From Acytostelium subglobosum (Eukaryota), in assembly GCF_000787575.1 (NCBI RefSeq), contig NW_012236524.1, positions 679,665-743,664 on the forward strand: a stretch of DNA of 64,000 nucleotides, read 5' to 3'. Under the pieces are notes generated by a model, which saw only the letters and a program-made list of their open reading frames with translations, ran no database searches and had not been told where the DNA came from. The first letter of the stretch is position 1. Every line of letters begins with the position of its first letter. Position numbers and translations under genes: made by a program. Positions 33,857 to 45,371 of this stretch are shown here, piece after piece.

Positions 33857-35494
33857 CTATTTAGTTTGAATTGGATGCGGCTGGTCGTTGATGACACACA
33901 TGACAGACCATCCAAATTCATCTATCTTACTGTCTTTGCCGTGCTTGATCTTCGTCCACTTGTTTCCTTTGATCGAGTACTTGTAGTCCATATCACCACC
34001 TTGAAGCACCAACAATGTTCCAGGCTCTGATGTTGATGGAACCATATTGTAATATCCCTTTCCTTTCTGTGCTTTCTCTGTTGTTGATGGTATTTGAGCC
34101 AACTCGACAATATGATCGATGGATATATTCCTCACGAGTGGCAAGCTACCTAGGCCACCATCTTCAAATAGAATGTACATATTGTCTTCGTATACTGTAC
34201 AGGCGTTGGCTTTGTCCTTGACGCAACACCAGTCAACCTGCTCACCGGTGCTCAGGTCGAATACATTGATGGTATGATCTTTCGAATCGTTGTCCATGCA
34301 ATACAAAGTATCGAAGTGTTTGAACATGTATGTCACTTTGTGACCTTCATCGATATAGCCAACTTGATTGAGACGTCGTTCCTTCTCTGGTGTGTCAATG
34401 TTGAAGCTGTACACTCTGGACTCCTCTTCTTCGTCATTTTGTCCAATCAGATATATGATCTTGTCTCCATCGTAGCATCCTGCAGTCAAGTATTTAAACT
34501 GATCATCTTCATCAACAACTCCTTCGAGAGAGATATCATGGCGCCATTGACCGTCGGCCACGGAGAACACAGAGTATGTTGGTGGCGGGTCATCGTTCTC
34601 ACCCGTACCAAACACATAGACATTGCCACGAGCGTACACTGCTGATGAGCCATATTTGTAGATCATGTCAATTCCTTCCTGTTCGACAATTGTCCATTTG
34701 TTGGTCAATGGTGAGAACAGAGTATACGAGTTATCGTAGATGAACATGACATTGTGATCGAGGTCATGCGTGTGATTCTCAGAGTCCTCCAACAGTTGGA
34801 AGCATGATCTCACTTGATCCTTGATGCCATTCAATCTCTTGGTGTCAAACTTAGACATCAATGGTCGTACAAGTTGATACTGTCCATTCATGTGCTGAAC
34901 AGTACTTTGAACCAATGTCAGCAGTTCAATATCGGTGATATCCTTCATTGAATCAGTTGACCCCTGTGACTTAGATGTAGATATTGATGGGAACGCTTGT
35001 TCGATGAACTGATCAAGTGATGAGCATGTTGTGATCATCTCAATGTTATTGTCCAAGTCCTCGTTATCCACGATACAAGATGTTGGTTTGAATATGCTGT
35101 TGATGCTCTTGATCTCATTGATGATATTGTGAATGTTTGTTGATGTTTGTTGCAATCTGTCATTGATTGTTGAGTTGATCTTATGCTCCTCAATCACCAG
35201 CATGTCATGCAGTTGTTTGAATTGCTCCGTTACATTCTTGCTCGATTGAGTCAATGTCTGATGTGTGGTTGCAAGTTGTTGAAGAGTGCTCCATAACAAC
35301 TTCAATCTCGATGTTGACGAGTCATTGTATTGACCTTCCTCTATCAATGATCTTATATGCTTGACACTCTCAACATCATGTCTCTTGTGACCTTTGCTCA
35401 TACATAGATCACAGACCAAACTATTACAATCGATACATATAAACTTATGCTCGATGTTAAGTGTACGACAACAATCCATCTGGTCTGTGTCCAT
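33857..35494 (-). CDS. BBK-D: intact B-box + coiled-coil + Kelch-type propeller protein (545 aa)
   Basis: MDTDQMDCCRTLNIEHKFICIDCNSLVCDLCMSKGHKRHD is B-box-like. It has the same coiled-coil and propeller blocks as BBK-B (VYARGNVYVFGT, KIIYLIGQ, MYILFEDGG) and the terminal blade EPGTLLVLQGGDMDYKYSIKGNKWTKI. Confidence 0.7.
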   Translation of the reverse strand: MDTDQMDCCRTLNIEHKFICIDCNSLVCDLCMSKGHKRHDVESVKHIRSLIEEGQYNDSSTSRLKLLWSTLQQLATTHQTLTQSSKNVTEQFKQLHDMLVIEEHKINSTINDRLQQTSTNIHNIINEIKSINSIFKPTSCIVDNEDLDNNIEMITTCSSLDQFIEQAFPSISTSKSQGSTDSMKDITDIELLTLVQSTVQHMNGQYQLVRPLMSKFDTKRLNGIKDQVRSCFQLLEDSENHTHDLDHNVMFIYDNSYTLFSPLTNKWTIVEQEGIDMIYKYGSSAVYARGNVYVFGTGENDDPPPTYSVFSVADGQWRHDISLEGVVDEDDQFKYLTAGCYDGDKIIYLIGQNDEEEESRVYSFNIDTPEKERRLNQVGYIDEGHKVTYMFKHFDTLYCMDNDSKDHTINVFDLSTGEQVDWCCVKDKANACTVYEDNMYILFEDGGLGSLPLVRNISIDHIVELAQIPSTTEKAQKGKGYYNMVPSTSEPGTLLVLQGGDMDYKYSIKGNKWTKIKHGKDSKIDEFGWSVMCVINDQPHPIQTK

Positions 35495-35523
35495 TACTAT
35501 TATCTTATTATCACAATGATTGA

Positions 35524-37437
35524 ATGAATGTAAAACCGAATGAAGATGAGTTAGTGGATATTATCATTCTCTCACTAATTCACTCAACTCACACGATCGA
35601 TCAGATCATATATATAATAATGGAGTTACCATTAAATGTCATCAGGAATGTACTGATGTACCTTTGGGATAATGATGTACCCTCAATTGACTGTGCATGC
35701 TTGAGCCTCACATGCAAGAGAATGTTCAAAGTCGTACACTCAACTCACATCAGACTACATCGACATCGTTTGAGATGGAGTATACTCGATAAGACACATG
35801 ATGAATATGACAAAGATATACATACCAAGACAGTCGACACATCACAATCACTATCACTTGGCTACTCATACAATGAAGTGATCACAAGTGATACTCTTCC
35901 ACCGAACTTGACATCGCTGACCTTTGGTCACTTTTTCAATCAGGTGATAGATGTTGGATGCCTCCCTCAATCAATTGAGACACTTCACTTTGGTGACAGC
36001 TTCAATCAACCTTTGAACAAACATGTACTGCCTCGCGCACTAAAGTCTCTGTACTTTGGCGTCGCCTTCAATAATGATGTTATGCATCTTCCAAATGGAT
36101 TACATTCACTTGTGTTCAAGGATAGGTTCAAACGAATGATCGCGCCAGGTGACCTACCTGATTCAATCACATCATTGTCGTTCTCAGACTGTAATGCCGA
36201 ACAAACTATCATCCCTGGCCTGATGCCCTCGTCACTCACCTTCCTCAGACTCGGGGCAAGCTTTGACCGTCCATTGACAGTTGGTGCCTTGCCATTCGGC
36301 CTCACATCACTGTCGTTTGGATACTGTTTCAATCAAGTACTGATACCTGGATCACTACCAGACAGCATCACAGACCTATTAATGGGCAATAGTTTCAACA
36401 CAATCATTCAGCCAGGATGTCTTCCGCAATCACTCCTGACCCTTACGTTTGGTTATCAATTCGATCGCGAACTGGAGATTGGAGTACTACCTCAATCAAT
36501 CACTCATATATCTTTTGGATGTTGTTATAATCGATACATTGGTCCAGGTGTAATCCCATCATTGGCGCTGAGGTCCTTGAAGATGGGACATGAATTCAAT
36601 CGTGAGTTGACTCCAGGCACGCTCCCAACCACCTTGACCAAGTTGTCGCTCATCCAGTACGACACACAACTTGTGCCAGGCTCATTGCCATCATCACTTA
36701 CATGTCTGGACCTGGGCAATTGTTTTGACAAGCCGTTCACACGAGGACTGCTGCCCGACTCCATCACCAAGCTCATCTTACCAAGTGCCTACAATCAATC
36801 ATTTCTACCTGGTGCACTACCATCATCACTTCTCAAACTAAGGATTGGACGAGTGTTCAATCAAATGATCATGCCAGGTGCCTTGCCTCAGTCGCTCACA
36901 TGTTTGATCTTTGGACGAAACTTCAACATGATGATGCCGCCCGGCGTGCTACCACCGTCACTCACCGACCTCAGACTTGGAGAACAGTACAACATGATAC
37001 TGGGCAAGGATGTACTACCCAATGGATTGAAGAGTCTGACTGTGTTTGACAAGTTCTATCGTACATGTTCGGCGGGACCACTGGGCAGACTGCTAAAGGG
37101 CAAGCATGTACTACCAACATCACTTTGCAACATCACCTTGACAACACATACAACACCAGATGATACAATACCAGATATAACCAAGAGTTTCCTACCATTC
37201 ATCCATCAATTTTTAAAGACAATATGCTGTTCACAACATCTACGAACCAACAATATCAATAACTTTAGGATTATCTACTCTTATGAGTATATAAAATCTG
37301 GTGCACTATACATTGAACTTAGAAGGATTGGACCTGTACCTGAACATGGACATGGAACATTCATCTGCAAGTTTGGATGTTACAAGATTCCCCAACAACG
37401 TCATTTCAGCAAATGGCGACCCCTGATCATTGTGTAA
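35524..37437 (+). CDS. FNIP-repeat protein with an F-box-like N-terminus (probable true start MELPLNVIRNVL at about 35620)
   Basis: More than 15 FNIP repeats (LPPNLTSLTFGHFFNQVIDVGCLPQSIETLHFGDSFNQPL...) are preceded by LPLNVIRNVLMYLWDNDVPSIDCACLSLTCKRMFKVV, which resembles an F-box. Confidence 0.75.
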   Translation: MNVKPNEDELVDIIILSLIHSTHTIDQIIYIIMELPLNVIRNVLMYLWDNDVPSIDCACLSLTCKRMFKVVHSTHIRLHRHRLRWSILDKTHDEYDKDIHTKTVDTSQSLSLGYSYNEVITSDTLPPNLTSLTFGHFFNQVIDVGCLPQSIETLHFGDSFNQPLNKHVLPRALKSLYFGVAFNNDVMHLPNGLHSLVFKDRFKRMIAPGDLPDSITSLSFSDCNAEQTIIPGLMPSSLTFLRLGASFDRPLTVGALPFGLTSLSFGYCFNQVLIPGSLPDSITDLLMGNSFNTIIQPGCLPQSLLTLTFGYQFDRELEIGVLPQSITHISFGCCYNRYIGPGVIPSLALRSLKMGHEFNRELTPGTLPTTLTKLSLIQYDTQLVPGSLPSSLTCLDLGNCFDKPFTRGLLPDSITKLILPSAYNQSFLPGALPSSLLKLRIGRVFNQMIMPGALPQSLTCLIFGRNFNMMMPPGVLPPSLTDLRLGEQYNMILGKDVLPNGLKSLTVFDKFYRTCSAGPLGRLLKGKHVLPTSLCNITLTTHTTPDDTIPDITKSFLPFIHQFLKTICCSQHLRTNNINNFRIIYSYEYIKSGALYIELRRIGPVPEHGHGTFICKFGCYKIPQQRHFSKWRPLIIV

Positions 37438-37823
37438 ATCTAGCCTCTTGTTGGCCATAGAGGTCATGATTGTAATACCATTGCATCACTTCAAACTACT
37501 CCATCACTTGCTCCAGCCACTTCCTTCAAATATTGTCATATTGAAAGAATAAATGAAAGAATGCCGCTCAAATCAATCAATCAATCATTTAACCAATCAA
37601 ACATTCTCCAAACACAACTGCTGGACTTTGTGGTCTTTAAAGGAGGAGAACTTTCTAATGCAATGCCCTGATCCCAGTGGAACATGGAAAACATTCATTG
37701 ACATCATCCTCAAAGAGCGAACACCATCACAATTGGCATCGGGAGCGAAAAGCATTCGGGAACAGGTCAGTGAACGGCTGAATAATATATTCTGCTCCTA
37801 GAAGAACTAAACTATTTGGTCAA

Positions 37824-39269
37824 GTGGTATACTTCTTGGACACATTCATGCGCATCTTCAATGGACCCAATGGTCACCAACATCACAGATTGTTGTCAGA
37901 GCCATTCATTGTTGAGGATTCAAGATATAGAGGCCATGGATTAAATGATATAATTAGACCATGGTCTATTGTGGACATTGATGACCGAGCGAGTGAAGTG
38001 CACTCAATCAATATCAACAACAACAACAACACACGACCACAAATACCTCTGACAATAATCAGAAGTATAATTAGAATGCTCATACTGGATCATACGACCA
38101 CAACGATATGAAAGGTGTCTCTGGCAACAGTGATCTCGACTTTCCATCGAGAGGTGGCGTCAATCATTTCAAACAACCCTTTACCAACACTATGTGTAGT
38201 TATGTCCTTCCTCATACCTCATATTTGTTCGCGATTCTGTCTGTTCAAGAACTTGCGCAAACATATCCATGCAAATGACATTGTTGATATAGACATAGAC
38301 CACCTGCCACAATTTCTCGACCAGCTTGAATCATTGACATTGCCATACTCTGGCTATAGAGCCCTGGATCAATCGGAGCAATACCGATACATGAAGATAT
38401 TTGGCTTGAATCAACTCAAACGAATATACTTCATTGAGTCTGCCATCCCTCGTAATCGCCAAATCAAATGCTCCGGTATTGATTACGTGGTTGTGGTCAA
38501 TGGTGTACCAGAGAATGACGCGCCAAATGCTCTCCCACTGTGGCTCGATCACTATGTGAAACATTGTCCAAACTTGGAGAGCGTGTCCATCAATGCGCTC
38601 TATCCTGAAGGGCCATTTCCCAAGAATGTATCCAACAACATCATCCATCATCACCTTCAACTCTGGTACCCAAAATACATGAGGCTTCATCATGGACGAC
38701 TTGCCAATGTTAGCCACATCACATCACTCTTTGTACCATTCAAATCAAAAAATCTCCAATATCTTCCATTGTTCATCAACATCAACATACTCCACATCAC
38801 AGTCTATTCTCATTATCGGACCTCTCAAGATCAAGTGATGGATGTTCTTCAACAACTGTACAGATCTGCCGGCAAATTGACATCACTGATTGTTGTAGTG
38901 CCGGCAATCAAGGACACAATCCATTTGCTTCCAAATGTTCGCAATAGTATCCAATCGATAGAGATCAGATTGACTGATGATGAAGTTGCAATCACGTCCA
39001 CTCTTGATGGCCTAACTCATCTTGACATTCTACGCAAACATTTGGATCGAGCTATCTTTGATCGACTCACTCGACTCTCCATTCAATATGTTCTTGAAGG
39101 TCATGTAATACCATTGCATCGAGACATCCTTCTCAAACACTTGATGCTGCCACTTCACTTCCTTCATTGTGTTGGACTGAATTCTACCGACAGCGACCTA
39201 CTACATTACCTGTCCCTGTCACTCTCACTGGTGTGGCGTGATCCAACAACAACAACTACACATAGATAA
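37824..39269 (+). CDS. Hypothetical protein; two same-frame ORFs (37824..38111 and 38115..39269) separated by a single TGA at 38109..38111
   Basis: ...LDHTTTTI-TGA-K-VSLATVISTFHREV.... The long ORF has no ATG near its 5' end; it opens with GTG directly after the stop. The gene model is unresolved; an intron spanning the stop, an upstream exon (ORF 37553..37801), or a pseudogene are all possible. Confidence 0.35.
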
Positions 39270-39740
39270 TCGGCATCGAAAATGACCGAGTCTCAACACA
39301 CCAAAGTATCTCAATTTGTGTTTTTTTTCGTTTTTTTGTGTTTAAAGGAGTGTGTTTACAAAGCAGAGGGTGCGTCAGTTGAGCTGACCTCATTCACAAA
39401 CATAAAAGGGTAGGTTGTCTTTCTATTTGCATCATCTTTGTGTGTGTGTGTGAGCTGATCTGTTGACAAGATTCATTCAAGTGAGACAGACAGTGACACT
39501 GAGACTAGACCCAATACATTCATTCAACTTGAACACTCACTTTGACTCATTCATACAGATACACACACACAAACATATTTATATATATATACACACATAC
39601 AATCAATATTACTACCTTTATAGTATTAATAGTGGGATAGAGATAGTTATCAATCGCACACAAGTTAGCTATCTGAATCGACAAACCTGTATCAATCATT
39701 CGATATAGTATAGTATAGAATATAATAATAATAGAATAGA

Positions 39741-41281
39741 ATGATAGACATCGATCAATACCTGGACTTTGGATTCCCGGTGGACCAGATCAAGTTCTTC
39801 ATATGTATGATGGCTTCATACCCATTTGCTATGATCTTGAAACGTCTGCCCAATGCAAATATGAAGCATATACTGTCGATCGTGCTCGGTATCACTTATT
39901 GCAGCTTCTCACTTGGAGCCTACAGTTGGGTGCACTCGCTGATCAGCTCGACCGTCGTCTATATTTTGGTCAACGTGCTGCCAAGACGTGTGGCGCACAT
40001 CTACGTCTTTGTGTTTGCCATGGGCTACATGTCCGCCAGCCATTGGTACCGCATGTACGTCGACTACATGGGCTGGACGATGGATTTTACCGCGCCACAG
40101 ATGGTGCTCACACTCAAGCTGACGTCGTTCGCCTGGAACCTATATGATGGATCGCGTCCAGTTGCTGAGCTCTCGGCCGACGAGAAGAAGAGATCCATCA
40201 AGAAGATCCCAACCCTCCTAGAGTTCTATGGCTTTGTCTACTACTTCCCAACCTTCCTCGCCGGTCCAACCATCGAGATTGGTGACTACCTCCGTTACAC
40301 ATCCGGTGAGATGTTTAGTGAATTCGTAAGTACATCACCATTGATTGATTGATTGATCGATTGACAATGACTAACATTCTCCTGATTAGAAAACAATTCC
40401 AAGTTCTGGATTTGCTGCTTTGAAGACCTTTGTATTGGGTCTTCTCTGTTTCCCAATCCTTACTCTAGGCGGTACATACACTGTTGCATATCTCTTCACA
40501 CCAGAGTTTGCCATGGAGCCATTGTACTTGAGAGTGTTCCGCATGTGGTTCCACATCGTACTCTCCAGATTCAAGTACTACTTTGGCTGGTACGTCTCAG
40601 AGGGAAGTGCCATCCTCTCTGGTATGAGCTACAATGGTCTCAAGGATGGAGTTCCAACGTAAGTAATCACATTGCCCAATCATGCCACCATGATCATCAT
40701 GATCACTAACAACCAATACTAATCAATCAAACATATATATATATAGATGGGATCGCCTTACAAACGTCGTTCCACTCAAGGTTGAGTTGGCCTCGAACAT
40801 TCGTGATGTATCCACTTATTGGAACATGGGCACTGCTGATTGGTTGAAGACATACGTGTATTTGAGATTGGCCCCAGCTGGAACCAAGCCATCGTTCAAG
40901 TCCACTATTGGCACCTACGCCGTCTCTGCCTTCTGGCACGGATTCTACCCAGGCTACTACATCTTCTTTGTGCTCTCTGCCTTCTTGACCGAGGTGGCCA
41001 AGGACATCCGTCGCAAGATCCGTCCATACTTTGTCAGCGGACCAAAGGACACACCAATCCAGCCATTCAAGCTTGGCTACGATATAATTGGATCGATGAT
41101 CACCGCTTGGTTCCTCAACTTTTATGGCGCTTCCTTCCTTATCCTCAGCTTTGACAAGACTCTTGTGCTCTGGCGCTCGTTCAGCTTCATGCCACCAATC
41201 ATTCTCGTTGGATCATTCTTCATTCTTAGATTCTTGGTGCCAACACCAAAGTCACAAAAGGTTGTTACCAAGTATGCTTGA
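39741..41281 (+). CDS. MBOAT-family lysophospholipid acyltransferase (ALE1/LPCAT3-like); exons 39741..40325, 40390..40658, 40747..41281 (462 aa)
   Basis: WNMGTADWLKTYVYLRL...AVSAFWHGFYPGYYIFF is the MBOAT catalytic His region with the LPLAT-type YPGYY; multiple TM helices are present. Introns are GTAAGT..TAG with phases 0 and 2 verified. Confidence 0.8.
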
Positions 41282-41656
41282 TTCTCAGCAGTATCATCAT
41301 CTTTGCCCTCCCCCTCCTACTCTTCTTCATCACCTTCATCAACATCTCCAAACAAAGATGATTGATACGATCATTATATTAAAGTATACAATCCCAATCA
41401 ATCCATGAGGCTGGCTCATCATCATTGGTGGACAAGCATGTTGGGCGTGTGTGTGTGTGAGTTCGTCGTGTTGGGTGACATTGTTGTCCTCACCCCCAGG
41501 GTTAATCGAAAGAGAGCGCATGTTGGGGGTTGGGTTGACGAGTCTGAACCCAGATTCATTCATTCATCTGAACCCAAAGACAAACAATCTCGAGACATGT
41601 GTCATTAACAATGCGAGCATGAACATGAATGAATAGAGAGATATACAGATACACAT

Positions 41657-43330
41657 ATGATAATGAATGATCATGATTATGATGATCAACTTATCATCAA
41701 TGATAGTAATAGTAAAATGACATCGACAACATCAACTTCTTCAACAACTTCAACAACTTCAACAACTTCAACAACTTCAACAACTTCAACTTCATCATCA
41801 AGAATGAACGACATCGACGAGAATAATAATAATAAGATTGTTGTTGTAGACTTGATATCAATGCCATTGGAGATTTTGGATAGGATACTTCATTCACTCA
41901 ATCAATCAACTTTATATACTTTATCATTGGTCAATGCACATTGGCACAAGATTATAATGTCAATGTGGCATACAATAGACTTGTCCAAGGCACACAGTCA
42001 CTACACGCATCTCAGTGCCAAAGTAAAGCTCTCTCTTCAGACTCTAAAGAGGTCAGGTGCTGCAATACATTCACAAGAGAACGGCAATGGAAATGGCAAT
42101 GGCAACGGCAACGGCAACGGCAACGGAAGTGTCAATGGTAATGGATCATCAGCTTCAAAGTGGATGGCAAACTTGGAGTCGATAGTGAACAACTTGGTGT
42201 CTAATTATGGCTTCCTCATACCGGGGCTGGGCTCGGATTCACCTCCAATCTTCCAGCGACATAATCATAACTTGCTAAAGTCAAAGGCCGCCCAACAACA
42301 AATAGCCAGTCAGTTTGAATTGCGAATCGATCGTTTCTTTGAGGACATGAGCACGCGTTACCAACGCGTCGAAGTACTAGACCTGAGTGGCTGCACCGAC
42401 CTCAAGTTGGCATCTCTCTCACTACTCGTTCGCCAGTTCTCGTCCACGCTAACCAAGCTCGTCACGCGTCGTTGCAAGTCTGACACAATGACTGATTCAG
42501 GATTCGCCCAACAAGTCGTGGCGATGGCGCCTAAACTGCGTACACTGTGTGTTGGCGAGATGCCAATGATTGGCGACGAGACCATGGAAGCACTATGCTC
42601 CACAACACCGGATATTGAGTGTTTGGGCCTGGCCCGATGCCACAAGGTCACCGACCGTGGGATCCACGCACTGGCCGCCAGCCAGCTGTGCACTCGAATG
42701 CGTATACTGGGCCTTAACCATCTCGCACACCTGTCCGACGGCGCCATCCTTCAGCTGGGCATGGCCTGCAACAACTTGGTTATATTCAGCGCGAGCAACC
42801 TCAGAGAGTTGTCTGCCGACACGATGGCATCGATCTTCCTGGCATGTCCACGCCTGGGCTCAATCGACTTGGGCGGCTGCGAGAACACAGACGACACGGC
42901 ACTCGAAGCCATCTCGATCAACTGTCACGAACTCTTCCAACTCAATGTCAGTCGATGCAAGCGACTCACATCACACTCAATCAATCTGGTGGTCAAGCAA
43001 TGCAAGCAACTGCGTATACTGTTTGTATCGCGTACGGCAATTGACGATGATTGTCTGTTGAATGCCACGGAACACCTACAGCTCGAGGTACTATATGCCA
43101 TGGGTTGTCCCAATCTCACTGATCGCACTGTGCAAGGACTGCTCAAGCTGGGCAACGAGCGATTGATTCGCATGAACATCAACTTGTTGTCATGTCCCAA
43201 CGTCTCACAATCACTAGTGTCGATACTACAGCATCTGACCAAGCCGACGCCAGGCGAGGGCCGCGGCGCGTGCATTGGTGGATCTGATGCGAGTTGCACG
43301 AGCAGCTCGCTTCTAATGGACGACGAATAA
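41657..43330 (+). CDS. F-box/LRR-repeat protein (FBXL-like), 557 aa, single exon
   Basis: The F-box is LEILDRILHSLNQSTLYTLSLVNAHWHKII. Cys-containing LRRs follow: LDLSGCTDLKLASLSLL, LGLARCHKVTDRGIHALA, IDLGGCENTDDTALEAI, LNVSRCKRLTSHSINLV. It also contains (TSTTS)n and (NG)n tracts. Confidence 0.75.
   Translation: MIMNDHDYDDQLIINDSNSKMTSTTSTSSTTSTTSTTSTTSTTSTSSSRMNDIDENNNNKIVVVDLISMPLEILDRILHSLNQSTLYTLSLVNAHWHKIIMSMWHTIDLSKAHSHYTHLSAKVKLSLQTLKRSGAAIHSQENGNGNGNGNGNGNGNGSVNGNGSSASKWMANLESIVNNLVSNYGFLIPGLGSDSPPIFQRHNHNLLKSKAAQQQIASQFELRIDRFFEDMSTRYQRVEVLDLSGCTDLKLASLSLLVRQFSSTLTKLVTRRCKSDTMTDSGFAQQVVAMAPKLRTLCVGEMPMIGDETMEALCSTTPDIECLGLARCHKVTDRGIHALAASQLCTRMRILGLNHLAHLSDGAILQLGMACNNLVIFSASNLRELSADTMASIFLACPRLGSIDLGGCENTDDTALEAISINCHELFQLNVSRCKRLTSHSINLVVKQCKQLRILFVSRTAIDDDCLLNATEHLQLEVLYAMGCPNLTDRTVQGLLKLGNERLIRMNINLLSCPNVSQSLVSILQHLTKPTPGEGRGACIGGSDASCTSSSLLMDDE
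41741..41796. repeat. 9-nt coding tandem repeat (acaacttca)n
   Basis: Read directly; encodes STTSTTSTTSTTSTTS. Confidence 0.8.
42083..42126. repeat. (GGCAAC/GGCAAT)n hexanucleotide repeat encoding (NG)n
   Basis: ggcaatggaaatggcaatggcaacggcaacggcaacggcaacgg is read directly. Confidence 0.8.
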
Positions 43331-43432
43331 CGAATAATCAATAATCAAACGAACAAATGAATCAATGGATTTGGATGAATAAAACGACCGAGTTATCCAC
43401 ATCGATCGTTGCGAGCGAACCTTCTTCTACCT

Positions 43433-44316
43433 TTACTTTGATGATGTCAATGATTGCGATGATGAGGATGATGATGGATAGTTGAGTTGATACTTGGAGA
43501 ATTGGTATGGAGGTGGCGGTGAGCCTCCAATCTCGCTGGCCTGTTGGTATTGTTGTTGCTTCTGCGCCACTGGGTAGGTGTATGTTTGGAAAGTGTTGTA
43601 GGATGGTGTATACGATGAGGATGATGCTGACGAAGTTGGAGTACATCCTTTGGCAGTGTAATGATTGTTGTTGTTGTTCGATTCCTGGACAGGTCTAATT
43701 GGCTGGACATTGGATGGCAATATACTTTGATAGATTGGAGGATCTTGCAAGACACATTCATAGTCCATTGATGGAATATAGATATCAAGTAGTCTCTTCA
43801 ATTGGATCGACAAGAGAATTGAGTATACACCCAAGACCATCCAGATCAATGAACTTATCATGGCTATGATAAGGACATCCTTGTTGTGGAAGAACTGGCC
43901 ATTATATTGTTCATCCTTTGCTAATGTTACCATGGCATACACAATACCAACGAAACAAAGTAGACATGATATCGATCCAGTCACTTGGTACTAAGAGTAG
44001 GATATGAGTTAGGAGTGAATGAATGGGCATGGCCCAACAACCAACTTAAAGTACTTACAGTGAGTAGAAGTAATCTCTTACGATTGAGTGTAGCCACAAT
44101 ACATATTAAGATGGATACGATTGAGATTATACCATTGACAAGAGTGAGTACACTGGCGAATAGGCATGGTATGAGTAACATTGCCATCAACGCCAATAAT
44201 ATCTGAAGTCTAACAGTGATCCTATAAAGAGTGTCCTCTCTCGTAATCACTGGTGACACAGACTCAATGTCTCCAGCTTGGAAGTAGTTAATAGATGAGT
44301 TTTGTCCAGATGGCAT
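43433..44316 (-). CDS. Four-TM membrane protein with C-terminal PPxY motifs (LAPTM-like by architecture); exon 1 44316..44059, intron 44058..43991, exon 2 43990..43433
   Basis: Four hydrophobic helices (LQILLALMAMLLIPCLFASVL, IISIVSILICIVATL, ISCLLCFVGIVYAMV, IIAMISSLIWMVLGVYSILL) are followed by a Ser/Gln-rich tail with PPPPY and DPPIY. The GTAAGT..TAG intron has phase 0. Confidence 0.5.
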
Positions 44317-45126
44317 TCTTTACTATTCTTTGTATCTCTCTCTCTACTCAAGTTAACATCACAACATCATAATGAATGAATGAATGAATGATCAATAGTG
44401 ATTGAATACCATCCTCTCATACTCCTCCTCTGTAAGTGATAGTGAGGCGTATACGCCACCCTAATTACTAACATGTAGCTTTAAACATGAATGAATGAGT
44501 GCGTGAGTAAGTTAGTGTGGTAGTGATTGAAGGCTTGCCACGCTGCCACACCAACTGTTATAATCATTATACTTGTGAGTGTGTGTGTGTTTGAAAGGAT
44601 TGATCGATTGATTGGCTTCACTACTCTAGTGATCATACACACACACCTCATGAAGGCCTCAAAGGTCTTTGAAGTTGTCAAGAGTAAGTAATGAAGTTCA
44701 ATTATGAATAGAGATGATGTCGTCAGGACATTTCACAAAACAGTGCGAATGGATGGTGATTCTTCCCAAAAGTTTGGGAAGTTGCATTGCGAATCTTCCT
44801 TAGAACTTCCAATTTAGGGTAGTGTTGTGAATACCAAACAACAACAACAACAACAACATATTTTATTAATAAGATTTATAATAATGTTGTTTGTTTTGGT
44901 GTTACTTACACCTGACTGAATGTCTGACGAATCCATCAACCTCTCAACTCTTAAGTTGTTGTTGTTGTTATTGAACAACTTACTTAATCCAATAAACTAA
45001 CTACTACACTACCACTACTACAATATATATATTAAATATATATAAATATATTTTATTATCTGATTCATTCATTGACAAACAAAGGTTTGGACCTTAACAC
45101 TCACTCGCCAAACACACTCACTCACT

Positions 45127-45160
45127 CACTTACGACAGAGATAGAGATAGAGAGATAGAG
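45127..45160. repeat. (AGAGAT)n microsatellite in a divergent intergenic region
   Basis: agatagagatagagagatagag is read directly; same motif as 1249..1278. Confidence 0.8.
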
Positions 45161-45371
45161 AACAACATTCATTCAACGTGGACACATTCGAACCACACAC
45201 ACATCATACACATCATTCACTTCACTCGCTCAATCATTCATTCAATCAATCAATCAACTCTCATTGGTCTTTGACTAACATCCTCACCTTAATGACATAT
45301 TAAGTCATAATATAGATAGTTAATTAGTTAATATATATATTTATTTATATATATAAATCATATATAAGAGG

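Noticed and set aside
38109-38111. In-frame TGA read as a selenocysteine codon
   Set aside because: No SECIS-like hairpin is apparent downstream, the protein has no redox-family features, and the flanking context (TTTTI-U-KVS) is not conserved-looking. Pseudogene, intron or sequencing error are far more likely.
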